Source of the DNA: Klebsiella pneumoniae
GTDB taxonomy: Bacteria; Pseudomonadota; Gammaproteobacteria; Pseudomonadales; UBA5518
Reading direction: 5' to 3'
Length of the DNA: 64,000 bases
Assembly: GCA_945862145.1 (NCBI GenBank)
Contig: CAMAXE010000002.1
Location: forward strand, 72,284 to 136,283
Shown here: positions 28,906 to 38,376 of the stretch, piece by piece
How the letters are laid out: every line of letters begins with the position of its first letter
Position numbering within the stretch: the stretch's first letter is position 1
Notes under the pieces: generated by a model
Database searches by the model: none
Told to the model about the DNA's origin: nothing
What the model saw: the letters and a program-made list of their open reading frames with translations, nothing else
Position numbers and translations under genes: made by a program

Positions 28906-29157
28906 TTACCCGTCGAGCAGGGACTGCAGGCGCCGCTCGAGCCGCTCGCGTAGCTGCGCCTCGAGGATCGGCAGGCATTCGTCCAGCAGTTCATCCAACA
29001 AGTTGCCTGCCTCTGTCGCAAGGGCGGCGCGCTGGTCGGCGGAGAGCTGCTGCAGGCGCTGCAGCGCGACTGGCTGCGCCACTGCAGATCTGGTCTCGAT
29101 CACGTCGAGAAGCACCGGTATGCGGGGGTTTGCCGCGTCGCGGCCCTCAGTGCTCAC
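28906..29157 (-). CDS. Small hypothetical protein between holC and valS
   Basis: 83 aa, helical, with an 11-nt overlap with the holC stop. A small ORF in this position is conserved in pepA-holC-x-valS loci of pseudomonads as I recall. No recognisable domain. Confidence 0.4.
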   Translation of the reverse strand: MSTEGRDAANPRIPVLLDVIETRSAVAQPVALQRLQQLSADQRAALATEAGNLLDELLDECLPILEAQLRERLERRLQSLLDG

Positions 29158-29602
29158 CGCCGCCTCGCAGGTGCTGCATGTCGTGGTGCATGAGCTCGTA
29201 GCCGCGGTTCTTGTAGAAGGCCCAGCGGCGACGGCTCTCGGTGCGGGCCGCCGCTTCGTTCAGGACCACCTCTGCAACGCGGTCGAAGCGGGCGAAGAAC
29301 GAGGGTATCGCCCCGCCAAGATTGAGCAGCACCTCGTGGTGCTCGCCCGGATCCTCGCCGGTGCCGATCACCACCGGGCACCCCGGTCGCGGCGGCGCGC
29401 CGAGCGCGAGTTCGTGGGGCACGAAGCTGGCATCGCGGAATTGCCACAGCATCTCGTCGAGCAGGCGTGCCTGTTCGTCATCGGCGCCATGGAGATACAC
29501 GCTGTTGCCGGCGAGCCACGCCTTTTCCGCCAGGCGGCAGGCAAAGCTCAGTGCGCCGTGCGGCTCGGCCACTGGCAGGATGTAGAAGTCGATCCGTGTC
29601 AT
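29147..29602 (-). CDS. holC: DNA polymerase III chi subunit
   Basis: 151 aa. MTRIDFYILP...ACRLAEKAW..G..VYLH..DEQARLLDEMLWQFRDASFVPH is the chi-subunit signature. The pepA-holC-valS synteny also supports the call. Confidence 0.9.
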   Translation of the reverse strand: MTRIDFYILPVAEPHGALSFACRLAEKAWLAGNSVYLHGADDEQARLLDEMLWQFRDASFVPHELALGAPPRPGCPVVIGTGEDPGEHHEVLLNLGGAIPSFFARFDRVAEVVLNEAAARTESRRRWAFYKNRGYELMHHDMQHLRGGGEH

Positions 29603-29618
29603 GCGTGACAGGTAAGGC

Positions 29619-31103
29619 TCATGCCTGCGCGAGCAGGTAGCGAACCAGCAGTCCCACCGGGCGGCCGGTGGCGCCCTTGGCGGGGCCCTGATCCCAGGCG
29701 GTGCCGGCGATGTCGAGGTGTGCCCACTTCTCGCCGGTCGCGAAACGCGACAGGAAGCAGGCTGCGATGACGCTGCTTCCGTTCGGCCCGCCGATATTCG
29801 CCACGTCCGCGAAGTTGCTTTTCAGGTGCTCCTGGTAATCGTCCCACAGCGGCATCTGCCAGGCGCGGTCGTGCGCGTCTTGCCCAGCGGCGAGCAGTTC
29901 GGCTGCCAGGGCGTCGTCGTTGCTGAAAAGGCCGGTGGCGTGTTTGCCCAGCGCCACCACACAAGCGCCCGTGAGTGTGGCAATGTCGACGATGGTGCGG
30001 GGCTTGAAGCGCTTCACGTAGGTGATTGCATCGCAGAGGATCAGGCGCCCTTCGGCGTCGGTGTTCAGGATCTCGATGGTGATGCCGGCCATGCTTTTCA
30101 CCACGTCGCCCGGACGGGTGGCGCTGCCGCTCGGCATGTTCTCGCAGGCGGCTATCACTGCCACCACGTTCAGCTTCGGTCCGGTTTCAGCGAGTGCCTG
30201 CATGGTGCCCAATACCGACGCCGCACCGCACATGTCGAATTTCATTTCATCCATGCCGGGGCCGGGCTTCAGGCTGATGCCGCCGGAGTCGAAGGTGACG
30301 CCCTTGCCGACCAGCGCGAAGGGCTGTTCCTCCCTGGCCGCGCCGCGGTACTCCAGCACGATCAGCCGCGCCGGCTCCTGTGCGCCGGCGGTGACGCTGA
30401 GCAGCGAGTGCATGCCGAGGGCAAGCATCTGCTTTTCATCGAGCACGCGGCAACGCAGCTTGGGGTAACGCCGGGCGAGGGCGCGGGCTTGTTCAGCCAG
30501 GTGCCGGGGTGTGCAGATATTGGGTGGGGTGTTGCCCAGTTCCCGGGCGAGATTCATGCCCCGCCCGATCGCGCCGCCTTCGGCGAGTACCGCCGCGAGA
30601 GTGCGCGAGGGCTTGCCGGAGCGTGCGACCGCGAGGCGGACGAGGCGTGCGGCGGGTTCGGGCTTGGACAGGGTGCGGACGTAGCGGTAGCTGCCGGTCA
30701 CCGCGAGTGTGCCCGCCTGTCGGACCAGCCAGGCCTCGTCACGGTTCTTGACCTGGACGCCATCGATCAGCAGCACGGCATCGACGGTGCCGGTGGAGCG
30801 ACTGAGCGCCAGCGCGGCGGACACGGACTTGCGCCAGCCTCCGGCATCGAGTCCGCCGGCCTTGCCCACGCCCATCAGCACCACGCGCGCTGCGGCCAGT
30901 CCCGGCAGGGCATGTGCCAGCAGGGTGCGCCCTGCGGCGCCGCTGAAATGTTCGGTGGTGATCAACTTGCTCAGTCGCAGTCCGCAGGCACGGTCCAGAG
31001 CCGCCGCGGCCCCCTGCAACGCCTCACCCTCGATGATCGGCAATATCAGGCAGCCGGTGCGCAGTGCAGCGGGATCCTTGATGGTTTTCAGCGAAAGTTG
31101 CAT
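29619..31103 (-). CDS. pepA: Leucyl aminopeptidase (M17)
   Basis: 494 aa. VGKGVTFDSGGISLKP and the NTDAEGRLILCDA metal-binding motifs. Confidence 0.95.
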   Translation of the reverse strand: MQLSLKTIKDPAALRTGCLILPIIEGEALQGAAAALDRACGLRLSKLITTEHFSGAAGRTLLAHALPGLAAARVVLMGVGKAGGLDAGGWRKSVSAALALSRSTGTVDAVLLIDGVQVKNRDEAWLVRQAGTLAVTGSYRYVRTLSKPEPAARLVRLAVARSGKPSRTLAAVLAEGGAIGRGMNLARELGNTPPNICTPRHLAEQARALARRYPKLRCRVLDEKQMLALGMHSLLSVTAGAQEPARLIVLEYRGAAREEQPFALVGKGVTFDSGGISLKPGPGMDEMKFDMCGAASVLGTMQALAETGPKLNVVAVIAACENMPSGSATRPGDVVKSMAGITIEILNTDAEGRLILCDAITYVKRFKPRTIVDIATLTGACVVALGKHATGLFSNDDALAAELLAAGQDAHDRAWQMPLWDDYQEHLKSNFADVANIGGPNGSSVIAACFLSRFATGEKWAHLDIAGTAWDQGPAKGATGRPVGLLVRYLLAQA

Positions 31104-31190
31104 GGGATCTCCGGCTAAGGACTGGCTGGCGACAGAAGGGATGCACCGGATTATAGGGCCGGGCGCTCAGGGCTTTATACGGCTGGGCGC

Positions 31191-31679
31191 TCAGCGCTTG
31201 GGGAGCACGATCACCCGGGTGCCCGTCCAGCGATCGTGCCAGGCGCGACGCTCGGGATCGACAAGTATCCACCAATAGCCTGCGCCCAGACAGAGAAAGG
31301 ACAACAGGGCGAGCGCGAGCCTGCAAATCCCGGCGCGCCAGCCGATCAGTTCGCCCGTCTCGGTTTCGAGTTTCAGACGCCAGCTCTGCATCCCGAGTGT
31401 CTGACCCGATCGGGACCAGAACCACACAAAGAACACCGTCACCGCCGCGAGGAGGGGCAGTTGCAGCAGCGGGCCCGTTGCGGCACGGCCTCCTGCAGCC
31501 TGCAGTTGCTCGGCGCCGTTCAGCCACACCCTGAGCCCGATAACCGCAACCGTGACGCTCCAGCCTACGGCGAAGACCAGCAGGCTGTCGTAGAACATGG
31601 CGCTCAGCCTGCGCGCGAGTCCGGCGCGCTGCGGGCCTATAGTCTCTGGTGTGGTGATCTGCATGCGGGTATCGTTCAT
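31191..31679 (-). CDS. RDD-family membrane protein
   Basis: Re-called to the ATG at 31679 (MNDTRMQ..). RRLSAMFYDSLLVF.., three predicted TM stretches and the C-terminal RRAWHDRWTGTRVI motif are typical of RDD domains. Confidence 0.65.
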   Translation of the reverse strand: MNDTRMQITTPETIGPQRAGLARRLSAMFYDSLLVFAVGWSVTVAVIGLRVWLNGAEQLQAAGGRAATGPLLQLPLLAAVTVFFVWFWSRSGQTLGMQSWRLKLETETGELIGWRAGICRLALALLSFLCLGAGYWWILVDPERRAWHDRWTGTRVIVLPKR

Positions 31680-31857
31680 GGCGCTCGGGTGGCGCGGGGC
31701 TTGCGGGGCGCGGCATTGGAAAGGCCGCAAGTTACCAAAAGGTAAGCGCGCCGCGAAGACATGTTAAACAGTGGGGCACCAGACTGCGCGCGCAATTCGT
31801 GGAGGCCGCAGGGTGCAGTTCAAGTCGGTGATGCGACGTTCTCAGGGGTCGGGCGGA

Positions 31858-32547
31858 ATGCGCGTTCTGGTGATAGAGGATGATTCTAGCGTGCTGGATT
31901 ACATCGGCAAGGGGCTGCGCGAGAGCGGCTTTGTGGTGGACCAGTCCTCGGATGGCAAGGACGGGCTCTTGAAAGCGAGCGCCGGGGCTTATGACGCGCT
32001 GGTGGTGGACCGCATGCTCCCCGGTATCGACGGGCTGACCATCGTGCGTACGCTGCGCGCCGCTGAGAACCACACACCGGCGCTGATTCTGAGCGCGCTT
32101 GGCGAGGTGGATGATCGCGTCAAGGGTCTGCGCGCCGGTGGCGACGACTATCTGGTGAAACCTTTTGCCTTTGCGGAGCTTCTGGCGCGCATCGAGGCGC
32201 TGCTGCGGCGCAAGGAGTCCGCGGGCCCGGTGACCCGGCTGCGGGTGGCCGACCTCGAGATGGACCTGCTCTCGCACAAGGTGTTGCGGGCAGGAAAAGC
32301 ACTGAACCTGCAGCCGCGCGAGTTCCGCTTGCTCGAGTACCTGATGAAGCACGCCGGCCAGGTGGTCACCCGGACCATGCTGCTGGAGAATGTCTGGGAC
32401 TACCACTTCGATCCCCAGACCAATGTGATCGACGTCCATATCAGCCGCCTGCGCCAGAAGCTCGACAAGGAATTCGAGCGGCCGCTGCTGAAGACCGTTC
32501 GCGGCGCGGGCTACATGCTCGAGGAGCCCGAACCCGTCGCCGGTTAG
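31858..32547 (+). CDS. OmpR-family response regulator
   Basis: Re-called to the ATG at 31858 (MRVLVIEDD). It has a receiver domain (ALVVDRMLPGIDG) and a winged-helix C-terminus (LQPREFRLLEYLMKHAGQVVTRTMLLENVWDY). Confidence 0.9.
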   Translation: MRVLVIEDDSSVLDYIGKGLRESGFVVDQSSDGKDGLLKASAGAYDALVVDRMLPGIDGLTIVRTLRAAENHTPALILSALGEVDDRVKGLRAGGDDYLVKPFAFAELLARIEALLRRKESAGPVTRLRVADLEMDLLSHKVLRAGKALNLQPREFRLLEYLMKHAGQVVTRTMLLENVWDYHFDPQTNVIDVHISRLRQKLDKEFERPLLKTVRGAGYMLEEPEPVAG

Positions 32548-32559
32548 CGGTTCCAGGGC

Positions 32560-33939
32560 GTGAAACTGCTCCGCGTATTCCGCACCAGCCTGTTTCGCTA
32601 CACGCTGAATTACCTCGTTGGCGTGAGCCTTGCGGTCTTCGCGGTGCTCGCGCTGGTGTATGGCTCCTACACCCTTGGCTTCTTCCGCGAGCTGAACAGC
32701 CTGATCGCGCGCGAGACGCGGGCGATCGCCGAGCGCGATGCGCATGACGGCATTGCTGGCGTGTCCTCCAGCATCGCCGAGCGGATCCAGGCGCCGAACT
32801 TCCCGCGCTTGTTCTATCTGCTGGTCGATGCCCAGGGCAACAAGCTCGCCGGCAATCTCGCGCGCTGGCCCGAGCGGCTCGGGCCGGTGGAGGACTGGGT
32901 GGGTCCCGGTGCCGCCATCCGCCAGTGGACCGAGAGCGGCGAGCGCTTCGAGTTTGTGGGTTCCAGCACCGTGTTTACCGGCGGGGAGCAGTTACTGGTC
33001 GCGCGGCACTACCAGGACATCACCGAGTACCTGCGTCTCACGCTCACCGTGGTGACCCAGGCGATGATCGCAACCATTGTTCTCGGCAGCCTCGGTGCGG
33101 CCTTGCTCGCTTTGCTGATGGAGCGGCGCATCGCGGGCGTCAACCGCTCCATCGCCAGCATTCTCTCGGGCGATCTTGCCCAACGCATCCCGGTGGTCAA
33201 CGTCGACGACGACGACTTCGCGCGGCTCATCGTGAACTTCAACCATATGCTCGACCGCCTCGAGCAGTTGATGGAGGGTGTGAAGCAGCTCTCCGACAAC
33301 ATCGCCCACGATCTGCGCACGCCGCTCACCCGGCTGCGCAACGGGCTCGCGAGCGTGGAGTTGGACGAGGCGGGCGAGCAGCGCGAGGCGGTGACCGGGC
33401 TGCTCGAGGAGGCCGATGCGCTGCTCGCCACGTTCAGCGCGCTGCTGCGGATCGCGCAGATCGAATCGGGTAATCGCCGCTCGGCGTTCTGCCCCAACGA
33501 CATCGCCACCATCGTGCACGATGTCTGCGAATTCTACGAACCGCTGGCCGCCGATCGCGGCCTGCAGGTGCATCCGCGACTGGACGGCCCCTGCCCCGGG
33601 GTCTGTGACCGCGATTTGTTGTTCCAGGCCTTCGCCAACCTGCTGGATAACGCCATCAAGTACGCGCCGGCGGGGGGCGAAGTGCGAGTGAGCATCACGC
33701 GCACGCCGCAGGCTGTGCAGGTCGTCGTCGCGGACCAGGGGCCCGGGGTTCCAGCTGCCGAGCGCGACAAGGTGTTCCAGCGCTTTTACCGTCTCGAACA
33801 AAGCCGCAGCCGCCACCCGGGCAATGGGCTGGGTTTGAGTCTGGTCCAGGCGGTGATCGCACTTCACGGTGGCACTGTGGAGCTTTCGGACGCCGCGCCC
33901 GGGTTGCGCGTCTGCGTGACCCTGCCGCGCTCCGCCTGA
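32560..33939 (+). CDS. Membrane sensor histidine kinase (HAMP-HisKA-HATPase)
   Basis: 459 aa from a GTG start. It has two TM segments, a HAMP region, an H-box (LSDNIAHDLRTPLTRL) and N/G boxes (LLDNAIKYAP, DQGPGV, GNGLGLSLV). It follows the response regulator after a 12-nt gap. Confidence 0.9.
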   Translation: MKLLRVFRTSLFRYTLNYLVGVSLAVFAVLALVYGSYTLGFFRELNSLIARETRAIAERDAHDGIAGVSSSIAERIQAPNFPRLFYLLVDAQGNKLAGNLARWPERLGPVEDWVGPGAAIRQWTESGERFEFVGSSTVFTGGEQLLVARHYQDITEYLRLTLTVVTQAMIATIVLGSLGAALLALLMERRIAGVNRSIASILSGDLAQRIPVVNVDDDDFARLIVNFNHMLDRLEQLMEGVKQLSDNIAHDLRTPLTRLRNGLASVELDEAGEQREAVTGLLEEADALLATFSALLRIAQIESGNRRSAFCPNDIATIVHDVCEFYEPLAADRGLQVHPRLDGPCPGVCDRDLLFQAFANLLDNAIKYAPAGGEVRVSITRTPQAVQVVVADQGPGVPAAERDKVFQRFYRLEQSRSRHPGNGLGLSLVQAVIALHGGTVELSDAAPGLRVCVTLPRSA

Positions 33940-33956
33940 GTGCGCGTTGCTGCCGC

Positions 33957-34709
33957 TCAGGGGGTGCCGAGTGGTGTCAGGGCCAGGGCGCTGATATCGG
34001 GTTGCAGCGGCTTGCGCTCGGGTTTGAGCTCGTCGAGGGCGGCGCCGGGAGGGGCGAGGCTGATGGCGCTCAGATCGGGCAGGGGGATCGGAGGGCGCTC
34101 CACTGCCGGCGCGAGACGCTCGCCGGGCGGTGCAATCGACAGACTGCTGGTATCGGGTGCGGGTGACGGTGGGGGGCTCTGATGGCCCTCCAGCAGGTCC
34201 GCGCCGGGCGCCGCGATGCTGATGTGCGAGGTGTCCGGGGCGGTTGGTGCTGGCGGGCCTGCGGGCCCCGGTGGTGCCGCAAATACGGGCGCTAGCTTGA
34301 TGCCGGTGATGTCCACCTGCACGGGTTCGGGTGCATTGCGCTCATGGGGCTCCAGCAATTCGCCGCCGCCGGGGGCGAGGCCAAGCGCCACTCCTGACGC
34401 GGCGGTGGCTGTCACGGGAGCCGCTGGCGCAGGCTGGCTCGCGGGGGTGGCACCGGCCGCCACGGCAGCGGCCGGCGGTACTTCCCGAAGAATGGCCTTG
34501 GCTCCGGCCCGTTGCATCGCTGCCTGATACTTCAGGGCGGTCTCGAGGTCGGCGCCTTTTTTGAGGGCATGAACACCGCCGGCCAGCAGGCGAATCACGG
34601 TCTCGGGCGTCGCCTTGAAGAGCTTGCCGAGATTCTCGCCGACCACCTCGGGTGCAAAACCGGGCAGCAGTTCGCCGCCAAAGAGGATGTCGAAACGGGA
34701 GTCGCTCAT
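33957..34709 (-). CDS. Hypothetical protein: ~75-aa N-terminal globular module plus a Pro/Ala-rich C-terminal half with ~27-aa tandem repeats
   Basis: Re-called to the ATG at 34709 (MSDSRFDILFGGELLPGF..). The upstream part of the track ORF is Arg/Ser-rich junk. The C-terminal repeats are centred on [IL]S[IL]APPGxxL..E..P..P.PD[TLI]S. I recognise no family. Confidence 0.6.
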   Translation of the reverse strand: MSDSRFDILFGGELLPGFAPEVVGENLGKLFKATPETVIRLLAGGVHALKKGADLETALKYQAAMQRAGAKAILREVPPAAAVAAGATPASQPAPAAPVTATAASGVALGLAPGGGELLEPHERNAPEPVQVDITGIKLAPVFAAPPGPAGPPAPTAPDTSHISIAAPGADLLEGHQSPPPSPAPDTSSLSIAPPGERLAPAVERPPIPLPDLSAISLAPPGAALDELKPERKPLQPDISALALTPLGTP

Positions 34710-34806
34710 CGGCCGCGCCTCGTGCGGTGTGGGCAGGAGTATAGGCCAGCCGGACGCAATGCTGCCCGTAGTGCTCCGGATCAGCGATAATCGGGCGGTA
34801 TTCACT

Positions 34807-35922
34807 ATGGCCCGACCCCACGTGCGCAGCACCCGATCCCAGCCTCGCCCGCCCAACGAGAGCGTGCCCGCACAGTTCGCGGCCTCGCTGGCGCGCATGC
34901 TGGCCGACCGTGGGCTGGATGCGCAGCGTGCCTGCGAGGATGCCGGCATTGATCCTGCCCTGCTGCAGGACGCCGGGCAGGAGTCGACGGTTCCGATTGT
35001 CGCCTACAGCGCGCTCTACCGGCATGTAATGACGGCCCTGCAGGACGAGACCTTTGGCTTGAGACGCGACGTCGGGATGAATCCGGGTGCCTTCCGGATC
35101 ATGTGTTTCAGCTTGCTCAGTTGCCCGAACTTGGGGCGCGCCATACGCCGGGTGGTGGAGTTCCACCGCGTGTTCTTTGCCGGCAAACTCGAGCTGCGAC
35201 TGCTCGCCGAGGGCGACAGCGCGGGCGTGGAGATCATCGTTTCACCCGAGGCGCGATCCGCGCAGTCCGAGGCCCTCGAGCCCATGTCGGCGGTGGAGGC
35301 GGCCTGCTGCCTGTCGATGTGGCACCGTTTCTTCGGCTGGCTGATCGGGCATCCACTGCCGCTCGAGAGTGTCCAGTTGACCGGGGCGCGTGCCGGTGCC
35401 CCGGAGCGTTACCGCCAGCTCTTCGGATGTGCGATCGCGTTCGAGGCGTTGTTGCCGGCGCTGCGCTTTCCCGCCGAGTACCTTTCTTATCCGCTGGTGC
35501 ATACCGAGGACTCCCTGCGGGAGTTCCTGCGCACGGCCCCCTATCAGTTGCTGATCATGCCGGCCGACCCGGGCACTCTGAGCCTCGTCGATCAGGTGCG
35601 CTCCCTGATCGGTCATGACTTCAGTCGCGGCTTCCCGGGCTTCGAGCGCATTACGGATTTGCTGCACATGTCGGCGCCCACCCTGCGCCGGCGCCTGAAG
35701 CGCGAGGGCACGACCTTCCAGGAATTGAAGGACACCTGCCGGCGGGACGCCTCCATCGATTACCTCAGCCGCCCCGAACTCTCGATCAACGATGTCGCGA
35801 TCCTGATGGGGTTCACGGATCCCAGCGCCTTCTATCGCTCTTTCAAGAAGTGGACGGGTCGGACCCCGGGCGAATACCGCAACCGGGAGGCGAGGGCGCG
35901 CTCCGGATCCGGTGGGCAGTGA
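34807..35922 (+). CDS. AraC-family transcriptional regulator
   Basis: Re-called to the ATG at 34807 (MARPHV..). The C-terminal dual HTH reads APTLRRRLKREGTTFQELKDTCRRDASIDYL...INDVAILMGFTDPSAFYRSFKKWTG. It is divergent from the repeat protein. Confidence 0.85.
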   Translation: MARPHVRSTRSQPRPPNESVPAQFAASLARMLADRGLDAQRACEDAGIDPALLQDAGQESTVPIVAYSALYRHVMTALQDETFGLRRDVGMNPGAFRIMCFSLLSCPNLGRAIRRVVEFHRVFFAGKLELRLLAEGDSAGVEIIVSPEARSAQSEALEPMSAVEAACCLSMWHRFFGWLIGHPLPLESVQLTGARAGAPERYRQLFGCAIAFEALLPALRFPAEYLSYPLVHTEDSLREFLRTAPYQLLIMPADPGTLSLVDQVRSLIGHDFSRGFPGFERITDLLHMSAPTLRRRLKREGTTFQELKDTCRRDASIDYLSRPELSINDVAILMGFTDPSAFYRSFKKWTGRTPGEYRNREARARSGSGGQ

Positions 35923-36008
35923 CGCAGGACAAGAAAGGGGTGCCCGAGCGCGCTAGAACCCGTTAAACTCGGCCGAAGCCGGGGAACAATCGTGAAGGAG
36001 CGCCTGCC

Positions 36009-36326
36009 ATGTCCCTAAAAGAACGCAGAAGCAATCGCGCCGCGCCGTCAACGAACAATTCTGGATCTGATGCTGCGGATGTGGGCAGCGGTGCGATCCA
36101 ACCTGAAGCGCCGTCCCCGGAGCTGATCTTTCTCGACAGGCGCAATGGCGTGGATCGCCGCGAGGCACAAGGCCGCGCCCATGATGCAAGACGCAGCGGC
36201 ATCGAACGCCGGCGTAGCAATGTCACACCCTCGAGCTGGTGGCTCGACAAAAACTACGTCGATACCCATCACTTCTCGGACGGGATGCTTGACGAGGGCC
36301 GCGCAGGTCGTTTCTCAGGGGTTTGA
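36009..36326 (+). CDS. Small Arg-rich hypothetical protein
   Basis: 105 aa with a strong SD (GAAGGAG) 8 nt upstream. Its stop overlaps the ATG of the next gene (TGATG). It has repeated RR-x-G-[VI]-[DE]-RR[ER] motifs and no recognisable domain. Confidence 0.5.
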   Translation: MSLKERRSNRAAPSTNNSGSDAADVGSGAIQPEAPSPELIFLDRRNGVDRREAQGRAHDARRSGIERRRSNVTPSSWWLDKNYVDTHHFSDGMLDEGRAGRFSGV

Positions 36327-36853
36327 TGCCGATGTTTGAGAGTTCGGCAGGTCTGCGCACCGCCTTTTTTGCCACTACGCTCCCACGTCTGATAACAGCC
36401 GCACTGCTGTTGCTGGGCCTGAATGCCTGTGCATCCTCCGCGCCAGACAACAATCCCCGCCCCTACGACGAGAAATCCGACGCGCGCGGGGCCATTGCGA
36501 CCGCCATTGCCGACAACCCCGGCCGCAAGCGGATCCTGCTCACCTTCGGGGCCAACTGGTGTTCGGACTCCCGGGGGCTCGAGGCCCACTACCGCAGCGC
36601 GACCCTGGCACCCGTACTCGCTGATGCCTTCCAGGTTGTTCATGTCGACGTTGGCATGTTCCACCGCAACCTCGACCTCGTCGAGGAATACGGCAACCCC
36701 ATCGATAAGGGTATTCCCTCGGTGGTGCTGCTCGATGCCGATGGCAAGATCCTCTTCGTGAACCACGGAGGGTTGTCCAGTGCGGGTCATATGAAGGCCG
36801 CGGCGGTCCAGAACTATTTCGAGCGGCTGGCCAAAGACGGCCGTATCGACTGA
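36326..36853 (+). CDS. Thioredoxin-fold lipoprotein (single-Cys WCxxS variant)
   Basis: ATG at 36326 or 36332 (the track start at 36323 is TTG). It has a lipobox (LLLLGLNAC). ILLTFGANWCSDSRGLEAH...IPSVVLLDADGKILF is thioredoxin-like but lacks the second Cys. Confidence 0.7.
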   Translation: MPMFESSAGLRTAFFATTLPRLITAALLLLGLNACASSAPDNNPRPYDEKSDARGAIATAIADNPGRKRILLTFGANWCSDSRGLEAHYRSATLAPVLADAFQVVHVDVGMFHRNLDLVEEYGNPIDKGIPSVVLLDADGKILFVNHGGLSSAGHMKAAAVQNYFERLAKDGRID

Positions 36854-36903
36854 TTCCCTGATCGGTCGCCCCGCGGCCGGAATTTTTTCGAGGAAACCCC
36901 GAC

Positions 36904-37758
36904 ATGTCCGAGCTGTCCATCGAGGTCACCCGTGAGAACGCCCAGCAGGCGATTATCGATGCCTCTTTCAAGCAACTGGTTCTGGTGGATTTCTGGGCCG
37001 ACTGGTGCGCGCCCTGCAAGGCGCTATTGCCGATCCTGGAAAAAGTAGTCCGCGAGAACGAGGGCAGCTTGCTGCTCGCCAAGGTGAACTGCGATGAGCA
37101 GCAGGCTATCGCCGGCCAGTTCGGGGTGCGCAGCCTGCCCACCGTCGTACTCATGAAGGATGGTCAGCCCGTCGACGGCTTCGTCGGTGCCCAGCCCGAG
37201 GCCGCGGTGCGCGCAATGCTCGAGAAGCACCTGCCCAAACCCTGGGACATCCTGCTCGGCGAGGCGCTCGAACTGCTCGATGGTGGCGATGCCGTGGCGG
37301 CCGCCGCTCCCGCACGTAGCGCCTGGGAACTATCCGGCAAGCGCCCCGATATCGCCAAGGTCTACGTTGAAATCCTCCTCCAGACCGCACGTCTGGAGGA
37401 GGCGCAGGCCGTACTGGGCGCCATTCCCATGGTGGAACAAGACGCCGACTACGAGCGGCTGCTTGCCGATCTCGAATTGAAGCAGCAGGCCTCGGATACC
37501 CCCGAGATCCAGTCTCTGCTGCTTGCGCTCGAGAACGCCCCCGGCGACAAGGATCTCGGTTTCCAGCTCGCGGTGCAGTTCAGTCAGGCCGGGCGTCAGC
37601 GCGAGTCGCTGGAGTTGCTGTTCGGGATCGTGGCGGCCGACCGCGAATTCCGCGGTGGCGAGGCACGCAAGACGCTGCTCGACATCATCCGTGCGCTCGG
37701 TAAAGGTGATCCGCTCGCCGCCGAGTATCAGCGCAAGCTTTTTTCGCTGATGTACTGA
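36904..37758 (+). CDS. Thioredoxin-domain/TPR co-chaperone, YbbN/CnoX family
   Basis: 284 aa. The N-terminal thioredoxin domain has an intact WCAPC (VLVDFWADWCAPCKAL). The C-terminal helical TPR-like half has the typical ..YQRKLFSLMY end. Confidence 0.85.
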   Translation: MSELSIEVTRENAQQAIIDASFKQLVLVDFWADWCAPCKALLPILEKVVRENEGSLLLAKVNCDEQQAIAGQFGVRSLPTVVLMKDGQPVDGFVGAQPEAAVRAMLEKHLPKPWDILLGEALELLDGGDAVAAAAPARSAWELSGKRPDIAKVYVEILLQTARLEEAQAVLGAIPMVEQDADYERLLADLELKQQASDTPEIQSLLLALENAPGDKDLGFQLAVQFSQAGRQRESLELLFGIVAADREFRGGEARKTLLDIIRALGKGDPLAAEYQRKLFSLMY

Positions 37759-38031
37759 GTCTGAGAGCTGCGCGAGCATCGCCTAACGCGGCTCGGCGTG
37801 CCGCCAGGCCCACGGTTTCCGGGTACAGAGCCCATCGGCATCCGAGCCGAAGGCGCAGCGCGTCGACGCGCAGGGTTTGGCAGCAGAGATAGCAGTCCGC
37901 GCTCGCGAAGGGAGTCGTAGTCGCCGTGGACGTGGGTTGTGGCTATCATCGGAGCGAGCGTGCCTGGGCTGACAGCGAAATGCGGCCTCAAGGTGCCAGT
38001 AGAGTCCTCCAACAGCCGGGAATCAGCGCCG

Positions 38032-38346
38032 ATGAGCGTACGCGACACCATCCAGAGCAAGCTGGAGCAGGCCTTCGCTCCAGCCCACCTCGAGGTCGAG
38101 AACGAGAGCCACGGCCACAACGTGCCCCGGGGCTCGGAGACGCACTTCCGGGTGGTGCTCGCCTGCAGCGCTTTTGAGGGCAAGCGGGCGGTGGCCCGAC
38201 ACCAGCAGGTCTATGCCGTGCTTGCCGAGGAGTTGAAGGGCGGCGTGCACGCCTTGGCCCTGCACACTTACACCGCCGCGGAGTGGCTTGAGGTGGCCGG
38301 TGAGGCGCCCCAGTCGCCCGCCTGCATGGGCGGCAGCAAAGGCTAG
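38032..38346 (+). CDS. bolA: BolA-family protein
   Basis: Re-called to the ATG at 38032 (MSVRDTIQSKLEQAF.P.HLEVENESHGH....GSETHFRVVL....F.GK..V.RHQ.VY..L....GGVHALALHTYT..EW). Confidence 0.75.
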   Translation: MSVRDTIQSKLEQAFAPAHLEVENESHGHNVPRGSETHFRVVLACSAFEGKRAVARHQQVYAVLAEELKGGVHALALHTYTAAEWLEVAGEAPQSPACMGGSKG

Positions 38347-38376
38347 GGAAACCCTCGGCCAGTCATGCCTTTGCCG

